64,000 nt of DNA from the human T2T-CHM13v2.0 reference genome, Homo sapiens: NCBI RefSeq assembly GCF_009914755.1, contig NC_060937.1; one strand, given 5' to 3'. Below are positions 25,100 to 54,345 of this stretch, in pieces. The notes under the pieces were generated by a model. It did no database searches. It was not told the DNA's origin and saw nothing but the letters and a program-made list of their open reading frames with translations. Each line of letters opens with the position of its first letter. The stretch's first letter is position 1. The translations under genes and the position numbers were made by a program.

Positions 25100-27348
25100 A
25101 CACATTGGGGTTCAGAGTGAGTGGGTGTAAATGAGCCTGGAACAACTCCTTGTGCCAAGCGGCAGGGAAGCCATCAGACACTGACAGGCCCATGTCAGTG
25201 AGTCCCTGGCTGGAGTTGAAAGTGCCACTGGCTAAGGAAACATTTGAAAATTTCTAAATCTGTGAATTCAAAAAGAGACTAAAAACAATGATGACCACAA
25301 CTTTGTTGCTCACCCTTGAAGAATGCTAGGAACCAACGTTTAATTTTGAAAACCAGCAAATAAAAGGAAAGCAGTTAAGTATTTATTCTGTGCTTCCAAT
25401 ATGAACTGTACTACTGGGTAATCAGAGAGCTGACAGAGGGGCAGCTCCTATTTACAAAGTAATCCAGCTGATTAATGAAGAACAGAAAAATGAGAGTACC
25501 ACCACGTGCCGCCCTTGTGTGAGATCTACCCAATGGCACACACACACAAAGCACACAAAACCGAGCAGATGTTCTGTGTGAAAGTGCACACCACCACTGG
25601 TGAAGTGTTTTTGTAAAAGTTTTAAATTTAAATCTGACGCAGCATCTCAATCAATTTCTGGGAAATATAGGGAACTTGCCAAGTGAGCATTGAAGTGAGG
25701 CTGCCGTTGGTAAAGTCCAGGAGCCGAAAAACTCCACAGGACAGACAACCTGGCTTCTTCATCTGAAAATTTGCGAGGAAAAAAAGAGAGAGAGGGCGAA
25801 TTTATGGATTAAAAGAAAATTAAGTTGGGTGACTTTTATGGAATAGAAATGATACGTCAATCAAGCTGCTACAAAAAAACTAATTAAGAAGCTTATCAAC
25901 CAGGACTCATAGGGCTCTTATTTGGATCCTGATTAGAAAAAAAAATGTACTAAAAAAGTTTTATGAGACAATTGGACATTTAAACACTGATTTCCAATTT
26001 GGTAATCTCAAGGGATTAATGTTTTAAAAAATTATGTATAATAATGGTATTTTGGTTATGTTTTTAGAAGAATCCTATCTTTTAGTGACACTGAAATATT
26101 TATGGATAAAAGTATATTATTTCTGGGATTTCTTCAAAATAATCTGGGATTGGGAAAGTAGGTGGGGTAGAAATGAACCAGGACATACCGCTACTTGATA
26201 CTTGTTGAAGCCTGATGAGATACCTGTGGGGTCATAGTACTATTCTCTCTATTCTTGCATATATTTGAAAATGTCCATGATAAGAACCAAGGTTTCAGTA
26301 TGCAGAGATTATGTAAAAGAATACTTCTCAGGCTGGGCATGGTGGCTCACACCTGTAATCCCAGCACTCTGGGAGGCCTAGGTGTGTGTATCATCTGAGG
26401 TCAGGAGTTCGAGACCAGCCTGGCCAACATGGTGAAACCCTGTCTCTACTAAAAATACAAAAATTAGCCAGGCACGGTGGTGCATGCCTGTAATCCCAGC
26501 TATTTGGGAGGCTGAGGCAGGAGGATCACTTGAACCCAGGGGGACAAAGGTTGCAGTGAGCCAAGATCACACCACTTCATTCCAGCCTGGACGAAAGAGC
26601 GAGACTCTGTCTCAAAAAAAAAAAAAAGAATACTTCTCCCACCTTATTTGAAATTTTTAAAATTAGAGACAAATCAAATGGAGTCTAAGTTAATATTTTT
26701 GGTACATCCTTGGGATGAAATACCCTGCTCCCATTACAAATGCATATGTCCACAATATGTTGTAAGCAATAAATCAGCTTACAAATGTAATTTTAATTTA
26801 ATTTTAATTAAAACAGGAAAAAGATATTACATGCCCATTGTAAAAAGCAACTCAAATAATACAGAGGGGAAGAAGGTAAAGCTTCGCCTCCTTTCTCCAT
26901 CCTTGTTGATGGGACTCAGATTCCTCTTTCTTGTGTATTTTTTACAGACCTTTTCTGTGTGATTCATAGTTTTGGCTTTTCCAGGTTGTCAGAGTTGGAA
27001 TCATACAGTATGTTGCCTTTGCAGATTGGCTGCTTTCACTTAACAATATACATTTGAGGTTCCTCCATGTTTTTTATGGTTTAATAGCTCAGTTCATTCT
27101 AACACTGAATAACATCCCATTGTCTGGATGAACCACAGTTTATCCATTCACCTACAGAAGGACATCTTGGTTGCTTCCAAGTTTTGGCAGTTGTGAATAA
27201 AGCTGCTGTATTCCATGTGCAGGTTTTTGTGTGGACATAAGTTTTCAATTTATTTTGGTAAATACAAAGAAGCACAAATGCTGGATTGTATAGTAACAGT
27301 ATGTTTAGTTTTCTAAGAAACCATCAACTGTCTTCCAAAGTGGCTGTT

Positions 27349-27350
<2 letters not shown>
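25100..27350. mobile_element. Old L1M (ME/MC/MB) 3' UTR fragments with an Alu at 26331-26627
   Basis: L1M 3' UTR-like motifs (tactattctctctattcttgcatatatttgaaa; gacatcttggttgcttccaagttttggca). Alu TSD aaaagaatacttctc. Confidence 0.65.
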
Positions 27351-27876
<526 letters not shown>

Positions 27877-28827
27877 TAGGTTTAAGTAATAAACCAGGAA
27901 ACTTTAAAAAATAGATGATAGATAAATCCCTCAAGTGCTTCCCGGTGCCCTCGGGATAACATACAACTTTCTTACTGGGACTTCCTATGTTCTTTATAAC
28001 TGGCTCCTGCTCACTCGCCAACCCCAACTCTCCTCTGTAGCCAGCCCCCTAAGCATTCCATCCTCTGTCCTTTGCACATATATTCAACTCTGTCTGAAGG
28101 CCAGCCCTGCACACCTTCCCCCAGCAATCTCTATTTATCCTTTAAGTCTCGATGTAGAATCATTTATTCCATGAAGCTGCCCTGGTGTTCCCCTCCCCCA
28201 ACCCCACACTTTGAACTTCCCTAGCATAGCGCTTTTCACCCGATGACAATTGTCTACTTGTTTGATGTCTTCTGAGGAGGTCAGCCAGCCCTGTGACCAG
28301 AAGGCATCAGCCCTGAGTTAAGTCTTGCTCACTGTTCTGTTCCTAGCCCCTAGCAGAGGAAGCCCAGCTCCACCATGGGCTCTGGCCAAGTGTCTGTTTT
28401 CTGAGTCCTTCTTGTCCCTATCGTAAGGCCCCTCTCTCAGCCACCTCCACGTGCCTTTCACGGGGCCCAGGCTCCTTCAGGCGCTCTCCCCATGGCATGC
28501 AGGGTGTGCAGGACAGCACGAGGCTGCTCGGGTCACATGCTCGGGAGCCTCACCCTACCACGGCCTCTGTACTACCCTTGTGCCCTGAGGAGCTCTGGGC
28601 TCCCTGAGCTGTGGGATCCCTTCAGCCTTTTCTGAGGTTTCTACCAGCCTTTATCTAGTCTGAGTCAGGTTGCTTTTCAGAGACATCGTCAAAGTTTAAT
28701 TCTATCAACATCACCAATTAGGATGGCCCAAATCCAGAGCACAGACTTATGACCTGGAGAGGATGTGCAGCAACAGGAACTCTCATTCACTGCTGGTGGA
28801 ATGCAAAATGGTGCAGCCACTCTGGTC

Positions 28828-29752
<925 letters not shown>

Positions 29753-29811
29753 AAAAGCCACAGGTTACTGATACAGCACGAAGAACTTCACATAATTTAA
29801 ACTAAAACAAT

Positions 29812-30570
<759 letters not shown>

Positions 30571-30629
30571 AAACAGCAAAAGTAATTAATGATTTAAGAC
30601 GTGATGACAATGATGTAATTGAAAGTTTA

Positions 30630-31970
<1,341 letters not shown>

Positions 31971-32520
31971 CTATATCATGTGTTATACTGGGGACAAGGG
32001 TATCTTGGTGTGAAGGGGAGGGCAAAGAATGACCGGGGCTAGGGCCATGGATTTTAGCAGGGCCGTGGCCATGCAGCCTGAGTCTCGCCCACAGTGCACG
32101 GTGGCTCTGTGACTGAGTTCCTGCACTGAGATGTGATTGGAAGTGACGTGGACAACGTCCTTGCAAATGACGGTGAGGGCTTCCCCCCATTGCCCCTTCT
32201 CCTGCTCTTTTGCAGGAAACGTCAACAACCAGAGCCTTCCCCCAGGGAAGGATGGCAGAGCTGTCCCACGAGCCTGGGCCACCACATCTGGACTGTACGC
32301 GAAAGAAAAAAGAGCTCCTTTATTATTTAGGCCTTTGTGTTTCCATCTTCTTGTTAAAGCAATGTAGCCTGTGTGTTAAAACACAGTAGGTATTTGCTTA
32401 ATAGACTGTGTAGGAGTTTTAGATGGAAGTCCCCACTCATCACTACTGTTACCCTTAAATAGGTTTAATCTCTTAGATTCCCCAAGTCTTGGACTCAACT
32501 GTAGACATTTTGCTATGGAC

Positions 32521-33805
<1,285 letters not shown>

Positions 33806-34059
33806 TGATGGTGGCCTGCTGGTTCAAAAGGCCTGGTTTCTGAACACGGGGTGCAATTTGTATGGATTGCATTTGGAGCAGGTGACATTACTTAAGCTGT
33901 GTTTCCATCCTGGGGTACCTCCAACCAACAAAGTCAAAGATGTAAAATACATTAACGGAGCATTTTCCCCTTGGCCTGCAATAGAAAACTCTAAAGAATT
34001 AAAAGAAGAAAAAAAGGAGGAAGACTCCTATACATGTATATACAAAATATATGCATATC

Positions 34060-34447
34060 TGCTATGGACAGAATGTCTGTGTGCCCCCCAAAATTCGCAT
34101 GTTGACATTCTAACCTCCATTTTCATAGTATTAGGAGGTGGGGCCTTCAGGAAATAATTAGGTCGTGAGAATTGCGCCTTCATGAATGGGTTTAATGCCC
34201 TTATAAGAAGAGAATAAGAGAGCGTCTCCTCTCTCTCTCTGTGTCTCTGTCTCTTTCTCTCTGTGCCATGTGAGGAGGCAACAAGAAATCAACATTCTGT
34301 TAGCCAGGAAGAAGGCCCTCACCAAGAACTCCAGCCATGCTGACATCCTGATCTCTGACTTTCAGGTTCCAGACCTGTGAGAATAAATGTTTGTTGTTTA
34401 AGCCACACAGTCTATGGTAATTTGCTGTAGCAGCCTGAGCTAAGAAT
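34060..34447 (+). mobile_element. MLT1A-type MaLR LTR
   Basis: tgctatggacagaatgtctgtgtgccccc...gtctatggtaatttgctgtagcagcctgagctaaga. Confidence 0.85.
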
Positions 34448-34449
34448 AG

Positions 34450-34453
<4 letters not shown>

Positions 34454-34492
<39 letters not shown>
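34454..34492. repeat. (TG)n(AG)n compound microsatellite
   Basis: Read directly from the sequence. Confidence 0.95.
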
Positions 34493-34493
<1 letters not shown>

Positions 34494-35465
34494 AAATGAT
34501 GAATACAGTATCATTACACTTAATGAGGTGCCTAATGGTGGTTGCCAGGGGCTGGGGGGAGGGACATGGGGGCCTTGTTTAATGAGCACAGCTTCCATTT
34601 ACAAGATGGAAAGCTTCTGGAGATCTGTTTCACAATGATATAAATATCCGTAACGTTACTGAACTGTACACTTAACAATGGTTAAGTGATAAATCCTATG
34701 TTAGGTGTTTTTAACCACAATTTTTAAAAACCCAGATACCTAATTGTCAATTCTTGATTTCTTATTGGCCAAGGAATATCACTGGTATTAGTTTATCTAC
34801 TGTGTCACACCCTCGATTTAAAAACGCCCAGGGTTGTTTGACGTTTGAAGGAAACATGACCCATACGATCCAGTCAGCGTCGCAATTCACGCTTTGTTCT
34901 TTGTTAACTCAGTGAAAGGGGTCACACTCATAATGGCTTTGCCCATTGTTGGTGATGGTTATCTCTTCTCCCTCTGGTGTTCCCTGAAGAAAGGGTCCTC
35001 CTGAGAAAAGAAGCTTAGAAGGGGAGGCTGAAAAAGGAGATGAGGTGCAAGGACGTGAGGCCAGCCAGGCATCAGAGCACACTTGGGTAGCCATGGGCTA
35101 GCCTGTGCGTGGTCAGAGTGACACATCACATGGGAGACTCAGCCTACTGGCAAACTTCCTGATTTATTCAAAGTATACTGCGGGATGTAGTCTTGTGGCA
35201 AGTGGGCTGCAGAGATGCTGAGTACCTTGGTAGAAGCACCCAGGGCCATCCCCTACAGGTGGTCAGGCATGTGGGTGCATTGACATCAGCCTGGGAAGCC
35301 CTCACATTGCTATTGTGTTATCCTTCCTCCCTGTGGTCCTGCTCCCCGCTTCCCATCCCCCTGCAGTCCCTGAAGCTTCTGCCCAAGGGCATTTACTCCA
35401 CCCCAATGCTCCTCCATGCTCCTTGCTAGCCAAGCAACACTTTTACTCAACCAGAAAAAGGCAAG

Positions 35466-35815
<350 letters not shown>

Positions 35816-36291
35816 TCATAGTCACTGTCCTATTTGATGACAACTACAATGGGACGGGGCTCACACAGAGTGGTGCAAAACACAGTTTGCACAACCATGA
35901 GCAGCAGCTTTTTATGCTGTCTATGGAAAGCTTTGACTCTGCAGTTAATCTTTCTGAGATTCCCATTTCCTGCTACTTTGGCCAACAGACATCATACGAG
36001 TTAGTGGGCCTTTTTATAGAACAAAACTGATATTAAAGCCAATAACTAATCAAAGCCAGATTCCTGAAAACATATCTCACAAAACTGCTGTCACACAAGC
36101 ACAAAAAGTAGTTGCCCCACTACCCTCACACCTAACACATGGCACTTAACAGCATTTCCTAAGTGTCAGACATTGTCGTTAGTGTTCTACAAATATTAAC
36201 TCATTGAACCGCATCCTCTTAGCAATCTTATGAGGCTGCCATGATTATTTCTCTATTATAGATGAGAACTCTGAAGCATGAAAAGGCCAAG

Positions 36292-36636
36292 TGTCTTGGT
36301 CCATATTGTGCTGCTATAGCAGGATACCTGAAATTGGGTAATATACAAAGGAATTTCTCACAGTTCTGGAGGCTGGGAAGTCCAAGGTCAAGGCAATGGC
36401 ATCTGGTGATCTGGTGAGGGCTGTATCCTCTGGAGGGGAGGGATGCTGTGTCCTCATATGGCAGAGGGTAGAGAGGCAAATGGGCAAATGCTACATGAAG
36501 CCTCTTTTATAAGGGCCTTAATCCCATTAACCAGGAAGGAGTCCTCATGGTCTAATCACCTCTTAAAGGCCTACCTCTTAATACTGTCACATTGGCAACA
36601 CCTGAGTTTTAGAGGGGACACATTCAAACCACAGGA
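36292..36636 (-). mobile_element. MaLR LTR (MSTD/MLT1A-like) within a MIR
   Basis: tctcacagttctggaggctgggaagtccaagg...ggacacattcaaacca. MIR-like flanks (gatgagaactctgaagc; ccccaaggtcac). Confidence 0.75.
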
Positions 36637-37897
36637 CTAAGTAAATTCCCCAAGGTCACCCAGAGTTAGCAAGCGGAGAACCATGAGCAAATCCAGGCAG
36701 CTGGCCTCAGAGCACTACACAATGCTTCCTTTGTTTGTTTGTCTTGGGGTTTTTCTTTTCTTTCCTTTGTTTTTTTTTTTTTGAGGGTCTCACTATGTTG
36801 CCCAGGCTGGTGCCTCCCAGTTTCTTATTTCCATTTTTACTTATTATTTCACTTATTTTTATTTTCACTCAATGAACACATCCAAAAGCCTAAAGCCATC
36901 TTTATATAGGCATTATAAACAGATACATTTTTGAAATTTATGTAAATCCACACAAGTGGTCGTGGAAAAATGGTGAATGTAAGCAAAATTAAAATGACTG
37001 AGAATCTGCATTTGCATTACCTGGGTTTGGAAAGCAAAAGTGTGGGAGTTCAGCATGGTATTTATTCATAAATTAAGAATCGGAAAGACACCATGCTCAG
37101 TATTTCCTGTCACTCACCTCAGCCCTAACCAGTTGGGACCACCCAGTCGCCCCAAGAATGGAGATTTTTCACTGAACTTTCTGTTTGGGAGGCAGCACCC
37201 CTCCCACCCAGCGGCTGCTCCCTAGCGGCTGCCACATTTTCAGCTGGGGAATTCCAGCTTTGCCTTGTCTCTGTGGCAGGCCACCAGGAGCCGTGCTGGA
37301 CTGCAGTCGAGGCACAGCCTGATGATACTGATCTATAATTACTGCTTGTCCCTTGTAACTACACTTTTAAGCACTGTCAAGAAACTACTGTACCTTTTGT
37401 AGTATATTCAAAGCTAAAGTGGAAGATCTTAAAGATTCCCATTCTATTTATAAAGCTATGATGACATCATGTCCTTAGCAATGACAAGTTCTGCGCATAT
37501 GAAATTTATAACATAGATTAAGTTTTGAGAATTTTTACCTTGTTCCTAGAAGTCTAATTGAAGACGTAACTAACGTAACCACCTTTGCTTCATATTTACT
37601 TTTTCCATATGTTCTTAAGTGTAATAGGTAGGACCAATTTGTTGGCCACTCATTCATTCATTCATACACAGTTTCAACCAACATTTGTTGAATGTTAGAT
37701 CTCGGGCACAAGCTATGCCCTAGGATGCAGGAAAAATAAAACAGACCCTACCATCCTGGAGAAAGAAAGAAAAGAAAGAACACTGGGCAAGTGCCACTTA
37801 ACTCTGTGCCAGGCATTGGTCTAGAAAGACTGACATGGTAAAAAATAATTAGAATAGTTTGAAAGATTTAGGAAATCATCATTCAAGATTTTGTGGG

Positions 37898-41524
<3,627 letters not shown>

Positions 41525-41829
41525 CCCTCCTCAATCCCAGTAGGCACCATTCCCACCATTGTGTCTCTCCCAGTGGCCACCTGCATTCACAAAGCATTGC
41601 CTTTATTCCTGGCACACACAGATAATAATTGAGGTCACTGTGTGATCACTGCATGCTATGCCCCTCCAGGATCCCATTTCCACCAAGAGGAGCTTGCCAC
41701 TGCCTTCCAACCCAACCACCTCAGACAGCCAACCCCAGAACCTCACTGCTTTGGCCTTAGGGTTTGTTCCCCGCCCCGCCCCCACAACCTCCGCCCCTCC
41801 CCCCTACTCCCCGTCCCCTGCCCCCTGCC

Positions 41830-42798
<969 letters not shown>

Positions 42799-42829
42799 CC
42801 CACATTTGAGAGTTGTTTCCTGGGGCCAC

Positions 42830-43365
42830 TTCTGGCACCAAACACGCAGTGTTCAATTGGAAAAACAAACCATTCTAGATATTTTAAGCAGAAAGGGATT
42901 TAAATTACGGAATCAGATACTGTAAAAACTGCTGGCAGGTCTAAAGGAGCAAAAATCCAGGGAAGTTTGTCAAAACAGCATGAAGAAAGATGCTAAGTAG
43001 CATGAAAAAATCCAGGAAAGTAAGGTGTTAGTTTCCAGGTTCATCATGGCAGCTGTGGGACGGGGACCTAGGAAATTGCTGCCCCCTGTTCCCTGGTCAG
43101 AAACCTCCATGATGCTCAAACGCCCATCAGGGAGGGGCAGCCTCGCAGCGGGTGCCTGGAGGTGGCTGCAAGGCCTCAGGTGTGCTGAGGTCCCCACATG
43201 CCCCCTGCTTGCGGCCTCGGCATCCCTTTGTCTTTCAAATAATGCAGGAGTACCTAAACTTGGTCCTTGGCAGAATGTAAATCCTGGAACCCTGGAGGCA
43301 AGAGGGTCTGGGAAATGCAGTTCTAGGATTCCGAGGAAGGCAGTGGAGATAAACCGTGGCTGAAG
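42830..43365 (-). mobile_element. Old ERVL LTR (LTR33/LTR16-like)
   Basis: ggcaagagggtctgggaaatgcagttct motif and a caattggaaaaacaaacc-type end. Confidence 0.45.
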
Positions 43366-43418
43366 ATAAAAAGAGGGAGAGAAAGCTCCATAATGTCTAG
43401 CACACTCCATTAGAAACC

Positions 43419-45106
<1,688 letters not shown>

Positions 45107-46235
45107 TAAGTCTTAAAAATTCTTTGAACTCAGAACTGTAAATAATGAAGAGATGTCCAAAGCATTGGCAGGCCTTGCACAGAAATTTCCTGGCTGCTTG
45201 AATTTCAAACCTCTCGCCTTCCCAAGTCAGTGAGCACCAAGCTTTGGGAATGATTCCCAACCCCAGGGAGCCCTCGAAACAGCTGAGGTCCTGGGCTTTC
45301 CCTGGAGGTGTTGGTTTCCATTGTTTGTTGTTATTGTTGTTTTAAGATTCCCAGGTGCTTCTAATATGCAGCCACAATTGAAAACCTCTGGTTTAAGGGT
45401 TAAATAAGGCGGACATCTCAACTGTTTTCATATTGCTACTTCACTACTTCTACTACTCCCAGAAATAATCTAGTAACTATTTCCAGTCCCACAATGTAAT
45501 GGTCTTGAACTGATGCCATTTAAAGTTGTGTTCACCTGGCCTGTAACAGCCACCTTGACTCCTTTCATAGCCTGGGGTTGTGGCTGACTTTTGTGACTTT
45601 CCCTGAGTGAAATGGTGTGTGCACTAGAGTTACTGTCTTCTCTCCTGGCTGGCCATTTTGAAATACCTTCCACATACAATACATGCCTACTTATTTGCTT
45701 TTTCTCCCTTTTCGTTGATCAGGACTTAAGAGTTTTGAAAGTTGATTAAAATAAATATTCTTCAGAACTTGAATCTGGCTGTCAAGAATGTGAGTGAAGC
45801 CCCATACAGTGGCTCACACCTGTAGTCCCAGCAGTTTGGGAGGGCAAGGCAGGAGGATCACTTGAGCCCAGGAGTTCCAGACCAGCCTGGGCAACATAGT
45901 CACTCTGGTTGGGGCATGCCCTCTGCACCAGCTCTGGGAGGTGATTCTGCCTGTTTTGCTGACTGCCCAACCTCACAGAGTGGTTGTGTGTTTTTCTAAG
46001 CCTAATCGATCAGCCTTCTTGGTGGTTCTATGAGCTGCTTTTTCAGTCCATTCCTTTTCTTAAATTGGCCAGAGTCCTTCCATGTTTGCAAGAAGAATCC
46101 CAACTGCTATGACTCTTATTCTAATTAAAATAAAATTCAAACTCCTGTCATGGTCTCAGATAGGTGACCTGGCCCCTGCCCACATCTCTGGCCTTTCTGT
46201 CCTTTGTCCTCCCTGCTCCAGCCCCTGGCCTGGCT

Positions 46236-48476
<2,241 letters not shown>

Positions 48477-48829
48477 CTAAAATGTCTTTAACCATGTAAC
48501 ACATATTTTAATACCAGTTATACATTTATTTGGGAGCGGTGGCTCACTTGTGTAATCCCAGCACTTTAGGAGGCCTCTACAGCTTGCCTCTGGTAAATAT
48601 GTTGCTGACACTCTGCAGACTCTTGAGGAAGTAGATGTCTGTTTGAAAACCATTTTCCATCTAATCATTCAAATGCTTAAATTAGGGATTAAAATGAGAG
48701 ACATTTCAACTCTCTGAAAAGACAATGCCACCCCTTTTTCTGTTCCACTGGCTTAAAAGTAAGTGGGTTTCCAAATCCTACACCTTAGGGTCTAATTGGT
48801 GGGAACAGCCTAGTAATTTATCCAACTGT

Positions 48830-49450
48830 TCATTGATATAATTCAATAGGCATTAACTGAGCACTAGCTATGTGCTAGGTAGGCTCTGTGGACTGGGCTA
48901 GGAGCTGGGGATGCAGAGGTAAGACAGAGCCTCTGCCCTCAGGCAGTTTACATTCTATAAAGAGAGGGTGACATAAGTCACATAAATCAGAAACGAGAGA
49001 TGCTATGAGAAATAAACAAGCGATTGCTGATGGAGGAGGGAGGCAGAGAGAACTCTACATTACTAAAGCTGAGAAAGGCCTCTCTGAGATTACTTTGATA
49101 ATAGAGTGAGTGAGGACTGAGGATGGGACAAGGGTGTGGGGGAAGATTGTCTCAGGCAGAGGAAGCAGCAAATGTTAACGTCCTGGTCTGGTAGGGAAGG
49201 CCCACAGGGCTGCAGAGCAGTGAATTAGGAGGATGGCGGGAGAGGAGGGCGGAGGAGTCATCAGTATCTTAGTATGGAAGTTAGCTTTTGTTCCAAAGTA
49301 CAATGGATACTTTGAAGGTTTTTAATCAAGGGATTAGGACTTTTAAAACACTACCCCTCTGGCTATAGCGTGAAGAATGCCAGTAGGGGTGACACAGCAA
49401 GAACAGTTAGGAGGATCAGGACTGATTCATGGCAGCATTGCCTGTAGTGC
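48830..49450. mobile_element. L2 LINE remnant
   Basis: actgagcactagctatgtgctagg...ctctgccctc...ggaagattgtctcaggcagaggaagcagc motifs. Confidence 0.6.
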
Positions 49451-49530
49451 TGATGCCAAACAAGCACTTGTGCTCCTTTGTAAAAATACAGAGTTCTGGC
49501 CAGGCTGGTGGCTCATGCCTGTAATCCCAG

Positions 49531-50100
49531 TGAGAGGTGAAGCCAGCTGGACTTCCTGGGTGGAGTGGGGACTTGGAGAACTTTTCTGTCTTACAAGAGG
49601 ATTGTAAAATGCACCAATCAGCACTCTATACCTAGGATTGTAAAATGCACCAATTAGCGCTCTGTAGCTAGCTAGAGGTTTGTAAAATGCACCAATCAGC
49701 ACTCTGTAAAAATGCACCAATGAATGCTCTGTAGCTAGCTAGAGGTTTGTAAAATGGACCAATCAACACTCTGTAAAATGGACCAATCAGCGCTCTGGAA
49801 AATGGACCAATTAGCAGGACATGGGCAGGGACAAATAAAAGAATAAAAGCTGGCCATTCCCCCTTTTTCCACCGCCCCCTGCTTCCGCCAGCAGTTGCAA
49901 CCAGCTCCAGTCTCTTTCTGGGTTGTGGAGGTTTTGCTCTTTCCCTCTTCCCAATAAATTTTGCTGTTGCTCACTTTTCGGGTCCCTGCGGTCATTAAGA
50001 GCTGTAACACTCACTATGCCATCTTTAAGAGCTGTAACACTCACCGCGAGGGTCCGTGGCTCCGTTCTTGAAGTCACGGAGACCACGAACCCACCGGACA
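49531..50100 (+). mobile_element. LTR12-family (HERV9, LTR12F-like) solo LTR inserted in an Alu (49498-50370)
   Basis: TGAGAGGTGAAGCCAGCTGG...CCGGACA termini and 4-bp TSD CCAG at 49527-49530 and 50101-50104. Tandem caccaatcagc repeats and gagctgtaacactcac repeats. Confidence 0.92.
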
Positions 50101-50282
50101 CCAGCACTTTGGGAACCCTTGGAGGCTGAGGCAGGTGGATCACCTGAGGTCAGGAGTTCTGAGACCAGCCTGACCAATTTGGTGACACTCTCTCTCTACT
50201 GAAAATACAAAAATTAGCTGGGTATCGTGGTGTGAGCACATAATCCCAGCTATTTGGAAAGGGAGACAGGACAATTGCTTGA

Positions 50283-51694
<1,412 letters not shown>

Positions 51695-52210
51695 TTTACT
51701 CTTGGTAACAAGTAGATGCTTTACTGAGACTGTTCACATACAACCCTTTGGGAAACAGAGCCCAGTAAATATTGTGCTTATAAATGCTGTACCCCTTGTC
51801 GCCTACAGATACACCTGAAGGAAAGAGTGTCATGAGAGGAATTTGAAAAGCATTAATAATCCCCTAGAGATTCAAATTTATAATCCACAACTTTTATAAA
51901 CAACCAGATAGTTCTATGGATAATACATTTCATTAAATCTTCTCCAGAAACAAATTTTGTATAGTGTTCACTTATTTCCCTGCCATTAAAAGGTCATTCT
52001 TCTTCATATTAACAGCAGAGAATGCCATGGAGTTGCAGTGATTGACTGAGGCATATTCTTTAGAACTCCTCATTACATATTTCTGATTTTAATTCGGAGA
52101 ATCTGCCTTTTCCTAGATTCATAATGCTAGGACACACAAAAGAGAGAGAGTAGAAAAAGAAGAGTGGAGAGAGTCTGATGACTTATTTTTCACATACTTC
52201 AGATGTTCAC

Positions 52211-52750
52211 TTTTTTTAATTTTTAAAATTGTGATAAAATGTATGTAACATAAATGTTATCATTTTAACAATTTTTTGGTGTACAATTCAGTGACTTGAA
52301 GTATGTTCACTATGTTGTGCAACCATTCCCACCATCCATATCCAGAGTTTTTTCATCATCTCAAAAAGAAACTCTGTACCCATTAAGCAATAACTTCCCA
52401 GTCCCCACGTACCCACCAGCCGCTGGCAGCCTCTCTTTTACTTTCTGCCTATGAATTTGCCTGTTCATTCTATGTGCCTCTTATAAATGAAATCACACAA
52501 TGTTTGTTCTTTTGTGTCTGGCGTATTTCACTTAGCATAATGTTTTCTAGGTTCACCCACGTTGTAACGTGTCAGAATTTTATTCCTTTTGAAAGCTGAA
52601 TATTCCATTCTATGTGTATCTTTCCATCTGTTGATGGACATTCAGATTGTTTCTACCTTTTGGCTACTGTGAATAATACTGCTATGAACACTAGTGCACA
52701 AATACCTGAGTCCCTGCTTTCAATTCCCTTGGGTATATTACTTAGAAGTG
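52211..52750 (-). mobile_element. L1MB-type 3' UTR
   Basis: gtacaattcagtga...aaactctgtacccattaagcaataac...ttcacttagcataatgtttt. Confidence 0.8.
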
Positions 52751-53316
52751 TAATACTTGTCCACGTAAATTCTAAAAAGAAAGGAAAGATGCATACCCTT
52801 AAATATTACAATTTCAGGAGCAACTCAGAGCTGGTTTTACAAGTCCATGTAGGTAGAATGAGGGCTGCTGAAAAAGTATTCCAAGTATTCTAAAATATAG
52901 ATGCACTTCTACTGCCTCAAGATGTCGGAAAGTTTCATTTTGATGAGAGCTGGTTATTTGGAAAGGTCCCAAAATGAGAGCTTATATCTAAGAAATGAAC
53001 CCTCCCCAGTATCACCAATAAAAGGTTGTGAAGTTCTTCATTTTCATAGTTTCAATGTTTTCCCTTTAATGGATTGATTAGAGTGCCCTCATGTGTCTGT
53101 ATTATTATATTATGGAGGTTTTGAAAAAGATATAATACTAGAATCATCCTAGAATTCTTCTTTATTCAGAAAAATAAAATTTTTAAAAAAAAGATATACT
53201 AGAATCATAGAACTGGGGAGAAAATTTAAATATCTTTTTGAAAAAACAAACATTGCCTGCATGCAACTCTGCATGCATGCCTATTCTAGGCACAATGAAA
53301 AAATAAATTTTTTATG

Positions 53317-53882
<566 letters not shown>

Positions 53883-54345
53883 CTAAGATGTACAGCTACA
53901 ATGTAAAGAATAAAAAACACACTCCTCCTAGTGAGAAAGAGTATATTACCAGTATCTTAGAAGCTGTGGATGCCCTTCATAAATTGCATCACCCAAGCTT
54001 ACCCTCAGAGGTAACACTAAACTGAATTTAGTGTTTATTTCCCCCTGCTTCTCTTTATAGTTTTACTACTCATGTTTGTTTCCCTAAACAGTATTTTTAG
54101 GTGAGGGGTTCCTATTTTCCCCCCAAATTGAATAAACTGCATAAATTGAACCCTATCGTATGTGTTCTGTGACTTGCTTCTTCTACTTTTTTAAAAAAGA
54201 AGGCTGGGCACGGTGGCTCACGCCTGTAATCCCAGCACTTTGGGAGGCTGAGGTGAGCGGATCACGAGGTCAGGAGATTGAGACCATCCTGGCCAACATG
54301 GTGAAACCCTGTCTCTACTAAAAATACACAAATTAGCTGGGCATG

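Noticed and set aside
49600-49815. Regularly spaced repeats resembling a CRISPR array
   Set aside because: These are the normal tandem CCAAT units of LTR12. There are no unique spacers or cas genes, and the DNA is primate.
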